DNA of 63,018 nt, the filler included, from Aduncisulcus paluster (taxonomy: Eukaryota): assembly GCA_024181965.1 (NCBI GenBank). It is 7 parts of 7 records of this genome, joined end to end, with 100 filler letters (N's around TTAATTAATTAA, not from the genome) between each part and the next. Parts side by side here need not be neighbours in the genome. Positions count along the whole stretch, not along the records: positions 46,945 to 59,065 come from BQXS01011162.1; positions 59,166 to 63,018 come from BQXS01011163.1; 5 more parts are not named here. One strand, 5' to 3'. The translations under genes and the position numbers were made by a program. Numbering within the stretch: the first letter of the stretch is position 1; each line of letters starts with the position of its first letter. Positions 58,695 to 63,018 of the stretch are shown here, one piece after another. Below the pieces are notes generated by a model. It was not told the DNA's origin. It did not search any database and saw nothing but the letters and a program-made list of their open reading frames with translations.

Positions 58695-59065
58695 ATGGAA
58701 TCGCAATTAGAAACTCCAGTGAGCTCAATTCTGGAGATTTCATCGCCATATATTCGCCGTAAAGCGCTCGCTTCATTTATCTCGTCTCACCCAGATAGTT
58801 TGGCACAAATGAGTGGATTTATGGAAGATCCAATGATGTTTGATGTGTATTTATTCTGTCTTTCTGTCTTATTCCCAAATTCACCCCGTTTCTGGCAATT
58901 TTTGACCCACAAATCAAAAGCTGTTCGGAAGTACATGCTATGTTGTTTAAAGAGCAAATCTCTGAAGAAATCGTTTCTTTCTATGGGATATTCAGAAATA
59001 ATATCTATTCTAAATCAATCAATATACTCAGTGCGGTGTACAATATATCGTATTGGTGTCAATAT
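58695..59065 (+). CDS. Hypothetical protein, 3' truncated by contig end
   Basis: ATG ORF open to the linker; no recognisable motif. Confidence 0.5.
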
Positions 59066-59165
59066 NNNNNNNNNNNNNNNNNNNNNNNNNNNNNNNNNNN
59101 NNNNNNNNNTTAATTAATTAANNNNNNNNNNNNNNNNNNNNNNNNNNNNNNNNNNNNNNNNNNNN

Positions 59166-60335
59166 GCTTCATGTACACTCATACGCTCATCTTCATCGAG
59201 TTGGGTGAGTCCTGTGAAAACTTCATTCAAACATGCATGAACAGGTTGGAATTTACCTCCTTCAATGGTTAATAAAGATCGAAACAAGGGAGATCGGAGA
59301 AGAGATGGAGACATTATTTTCCATCAGATCAATAAGAGTTTTCATGATTCTAACAACTTCTCTGAATAATGGCAATGAAACAAAGGGATGTTCACATATG
59401 AATAAAGCGAGAATCGACATTCCAAGAGAATATCCATCACTCTTCTGAGTTTGAGTTCCAGCAAAAAGTGTTTCATAGGAATTGTACACAAGAGTTACAC
59501 ATTTGGAGGCTTTTTGTTTCGAGGTTTCCTTTTTTTCTTTCTTTTCAAACTCAATGGGTTGAATCAAACCTGATTTGGTAGTTGATGAAGATGATATAGA
59601 ATCTAAGATCTGTGCCAATCCAAGATCAGAGAGAACAACAGTACATTTCTTTGAATCAGGATCAAAACGAACAAGGAAGTTGTCAGGTTTAATATCTCGA
59701 TGGATAAGTCTCCTATTTGCTGTAAACACATCATCAAGACACTCAATCATCCCAACACAGAGAGCACTCACTCTCAGAGGATTCAGTGTCATGGGATCAA
59801 TATGAGTTGTGTCATGTTCACTCTTGGAAGAAGAAGAAGAATATTCGGATTCAGAATATTCCTCATCATTTTCACTCTCATCTCTAACATCCTTTGCTTT
59901 TAAATACTTGCCATCAGCACACCAACTCCTTGCAAAGTCCCTAACACTACCTCCAGCACAATATTCCATGATAAATCCATATACACCTTTCATATTTGCA
60001 TCAAGAAGATCAAGGATATACAAAGGACATGGGATACGATTGAAACATTTTGGGTTGTTAAACAAGCTTAATTGTCGCTTAAAATTCTTCTGACATTCTT
60101 TTACAACCTCTTCTCTTTGACAATATTCCATTAGAGTTTCATCAGTGTCATCATCAAAAATCATTTTAAGGACACAATGAATGTCATTAACCTGAACAAG
60201 AAACACATCACAACAATCCATTTGACACAGAGTTCTAATTTTAAATGGAGAATCTCCTATGATTATAGGGAGTTTAGTGGACATTGGAGAAAGCACTGAA
60301 ATTTCTTCCTTATTCATTGGGCCTTCCATCAACAA
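59166..60335 (-). pseudogene. Degenerate protein kinase domain (copy 3 of the array)
   Basis: CVLK, MEYCAGGS, HRDIKPDNFL and SDLG are present; Gly-loop is lost; frameshift near 59310. Confidence 0.75.
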
Positions 60336-62175
60336 GTTCCTCGCCGAGTTCTTTCTCTTTCTTTTTTTCTTTCTTCTTGACAGCGAATGATTGATTATAA
60401 TAAAAAATTATATCATCAAGAGATGGACGCTTCAAACATTCTCCAATTTTTGGCAGTAAATATTTGATAGATTGAACCTTCTTGCGAGCCATATGCACAC
60501 TCATACGATCATCTTCGTCTAGTCTAGTGAGACCCATGAATACTTCACTCAAACATGCATGAACAGGGTAATATTTCCCACCTTCAATATCCAATAACAA
60601 ATCAAAGAGAGGATTATCCTCGATTGTTGGACCAATATGTTCTCGGAGACAATCTTTGAGAACCTCAATACGCTCAGAGTGAGATCTAACTCTTCTAAAA
60701 ATGGGCATTTGAATGAAAGGATCCTGATCTAAAAATAGAGCAAGAATAGACATTCCAAGAGTCCCACATCTGGAAGGTCTTTGGTTTGGATTCTTTTCTT
60801 TCTTCTTATCACACATGGCTGTTGTAGATGTTGTTGAAGATACAGAATCAAAGATCTGAGCTATTCCGAGATCAGAGAGAACAACGATGAATTCTTCATC
60901 TTTGGAACTAATACGAACAAGGAAGTTGTCCGGTTTGACATCTCGATGAACAAAACTATTTTTTGCTCTAAAAACATCATCAAGACACTCGATCATTCCA
61001 ACACAAACGGAAGCTATTTTAACAGGATTCAATATCGAAGTGTCAATATCAGAATATCTATTATATGTGTCAGAGTCATTTTGATCATTTGCATACTTTC
61101 CATCAGAACACCATATCCTCGAAAAATTCTTTACAGAACCTCCATCACAAAATTCCATAATAAACCCTGAATCACATTTTCTCCAATCATCGTCCAGAGG
61201 ACCAAGGATATACAAAGGACGTGGTATACGATAAAAACATACAGAATCCTCGAATAATTTTTTTTGCATCTCAAATTCCATTCTGCATCTCATCTCAATA
61301 TTAACAAGAAATTCACGATTTTTTCGTAACATTCTTTTAAGAACACATGGGAAAGGAATATCATTAACTTCAACAAGAAAAACTTCACCAAATCCACCCT
61401 TGCCAAGCCTGCATAACCTATCCATAACAACTCCTGATAAATTTAGTTCTTTTTGATATTTTTGCCATTCTAGTTCCTTTTCATCCTTAAGAATAGGGAA
61501 AAAGCTATCTGAAGAAGGGTGTAAGCATTGATGTTTAGATATATGATCATTTTCCTCGGCTGAAAATATTTTCTGGCCACTACCATCCCTCTCATAAGAA
61601 AATGTTATCATATCTCGGTGATCATGCACAGTACTTTGTATCGTGGAAATGGAATCTTGTGAAGTATGAATCTGTTTTACATCCTGATGAGAAGATTGAC
61701 TTTCTTGATCATGTGAAGGAATATCATGATTTTCTTTATCCATGTTTTGAAGAGCTGAAGGTAACGAAACTGATATAGGTTCATCAAATTCTATCCTCTT
61801 TCCATATTCTTTTTTACCATCATATCCATAATCACTTTTTTTAATGCGAGCAACATCTTCACCTTCCTCAACAATGCATCCAGGATTACCATATTTTGCA
61901 AGCTGATCCTTCACAATATCATCAATGGATGGACATTTAAACCCTTCCCCAATCTTTGGAAGCAAATGTTTGATGCTTAGCACCTTCTTGCGAGCTTCAT
62001 GAACACTCATACGTTTGTCAACATCGAGTTGGGTGAGTTCTGTGAAAACTTCATTCAAACATTTATGCACGAGTTCGTACTTACCTCCTTCAATGGTTAA
62101 CAAGGACTTAAACAAAGGAGATTGAGAGAGACGTGGGCACACATCATTTTCCATCAAACGCTTTAATAATTTCAT
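60310..62175 (-). pseudogene. C-lobe of kinase copy 1 plus kinase copy 2 with an internal deletion
   Basis: LGKGGFGEV, CVLK, HRDVKPDNFL and SDLG. RCGT joins directly to LGMSILAL, lacking the LVYNSYE..KSDGYS segment seen in the paralogs. Confidence 0.7.
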
Positions 62176-62198
62176 AATATCAAATTCATCAGCTTCTC

Positions 62199-62602
62199 CT
62201 AGCGAACTTTTCTATAAACTTCTCTGAATATGGGCAATGAAGTGAAAGGTGGCTCACATAAGAATAACGCCAGGATCGACATTCCAAGAGAATACCCATC
62301 ACTCTTTTGAGTCTGAGTCCCATCCAAAAGAGTTTCATACGAGTTGTACACAAGAGTTCCACATCCGGAATTCTTTTGTTTTGTCTTTTCTTTCCTTTCG
62401 CCCTGGATGGCTGATTTAGAAGACGTTGAAGAAGAGATAGAATCTAAGATTTTAACCATTCCAAGATCACCAAGGACAACAGTGCATTTCTTCGAATTGC
62501 GATCAACACGAACAAGGAAGTTGTCAGGTTTAATATTTCGATGAACAAGTCTCATAGGTGCCCTGAACACATCATCAAGACACTCAATCATCGCCATACA
62601 CA
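62199..62602 (-). pseudogene. Kinase copy 1 fragment (HRN instead of HRD), N-lobe missing
   Basis: MIECLDDVF..HRNIKPDNFL..GDLG..GTLVYNSYE; frameshifted relative to its continuation at 62175. Confidence 0.75.
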
Positions 62603-63018
62603 TCCATCTCATCAGAGAGAGATTTTGATCCCTTGAAACATCTCACAAATAGTTCAATCAGTAATCCAAACCATTTCTCTCCTTTCCACACTGTTCTATG
62701 CGAAACGACAGGTGGGGAGGAGTGTGGAGCTCCAATTGGAATTGAAACTCAATCGACACATGACGAACAATCGAGGATGATAGAGAAGGGAACCAATGGA
62801 TCTGATTTGCCAACAACTTTGGGAACGCAAGAAGATGAACGGGGATTGTTACTCTTTGATGAAGAAGAGGAGAGACAAGGAAGTGTTGGGTTTGGCGATA
62901 AAAAACCTTCAACCCCTTCATCCCCATTGACTTATTCCACTGAACCTATTAATAGAAATGAGAAAGAAGAAACAACTTGTTCTCAATCGATAGGAGTGGG
63001 GACAGATCATCATCCCAG
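62603..63018 (+). other. Stop-free plus-strand frame (probable fragment of an unrelated CDS) running off the window
   Basis: Hand translation SISSERDFDPLKHLTNSSIS...GVGTDHHP is open for ~138 codons; first Met is internal. Confidence 0.4.

Noticed and set aside
21973-59165. Six TTAATTAATTAA motifs embedded in N runs
   Set aside because: Synthetic contig linkers; gene neighbourhoods across them (e.g. an apparent ciliary gene cluster) are not real synteny.

Overview
Gene-dense, AT-rich eukaryotic DNA from a flagellated protist. Evidence: short GT-AG introns with GTATGT donors, ciliary/centriolar genes RSPH1, DRC7, POC1, HYLS1-like and a CDKL kinase, and trafficking genes Vps22, Vps20-like, Ykt6 and Vps33. 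The expanded DLG-type kinases and a 'PEFIHEGD...KGAYIC' family fragment suggest, from recall only, a free-living fornicate such as Aduncisulcus. The window is seven contigs joined by artificial 100-nt N/TTAATTAATTAA linkers, so adjacency across linkers is meaningless. Main observations, most absent from the ORF track: (1) an uninterrupted >654-codon minus-strand ORF (1964 to <1) fusing a NifS/selenocysteine-lyase domain to selenophosphate synthetase (SelD); (2) a 121-bp hAT-type MITE with 15-bp TIRs and an exact 8-bp TSD; (3) dense intergenic clusters of palindromes with 1-nt spacers, two of which exactly fit the hairpin excision footprint predicted for an 8-bp-TSD hAT element; (4) a CRE-like non-LTR RT fragment beside a 16-bp direct repeat, suggesting repeated insertion at one target site; (5) a tandem pseudo-GTPase protein, a degenerate Arp2-like protein and a decaying multi-kinase array.
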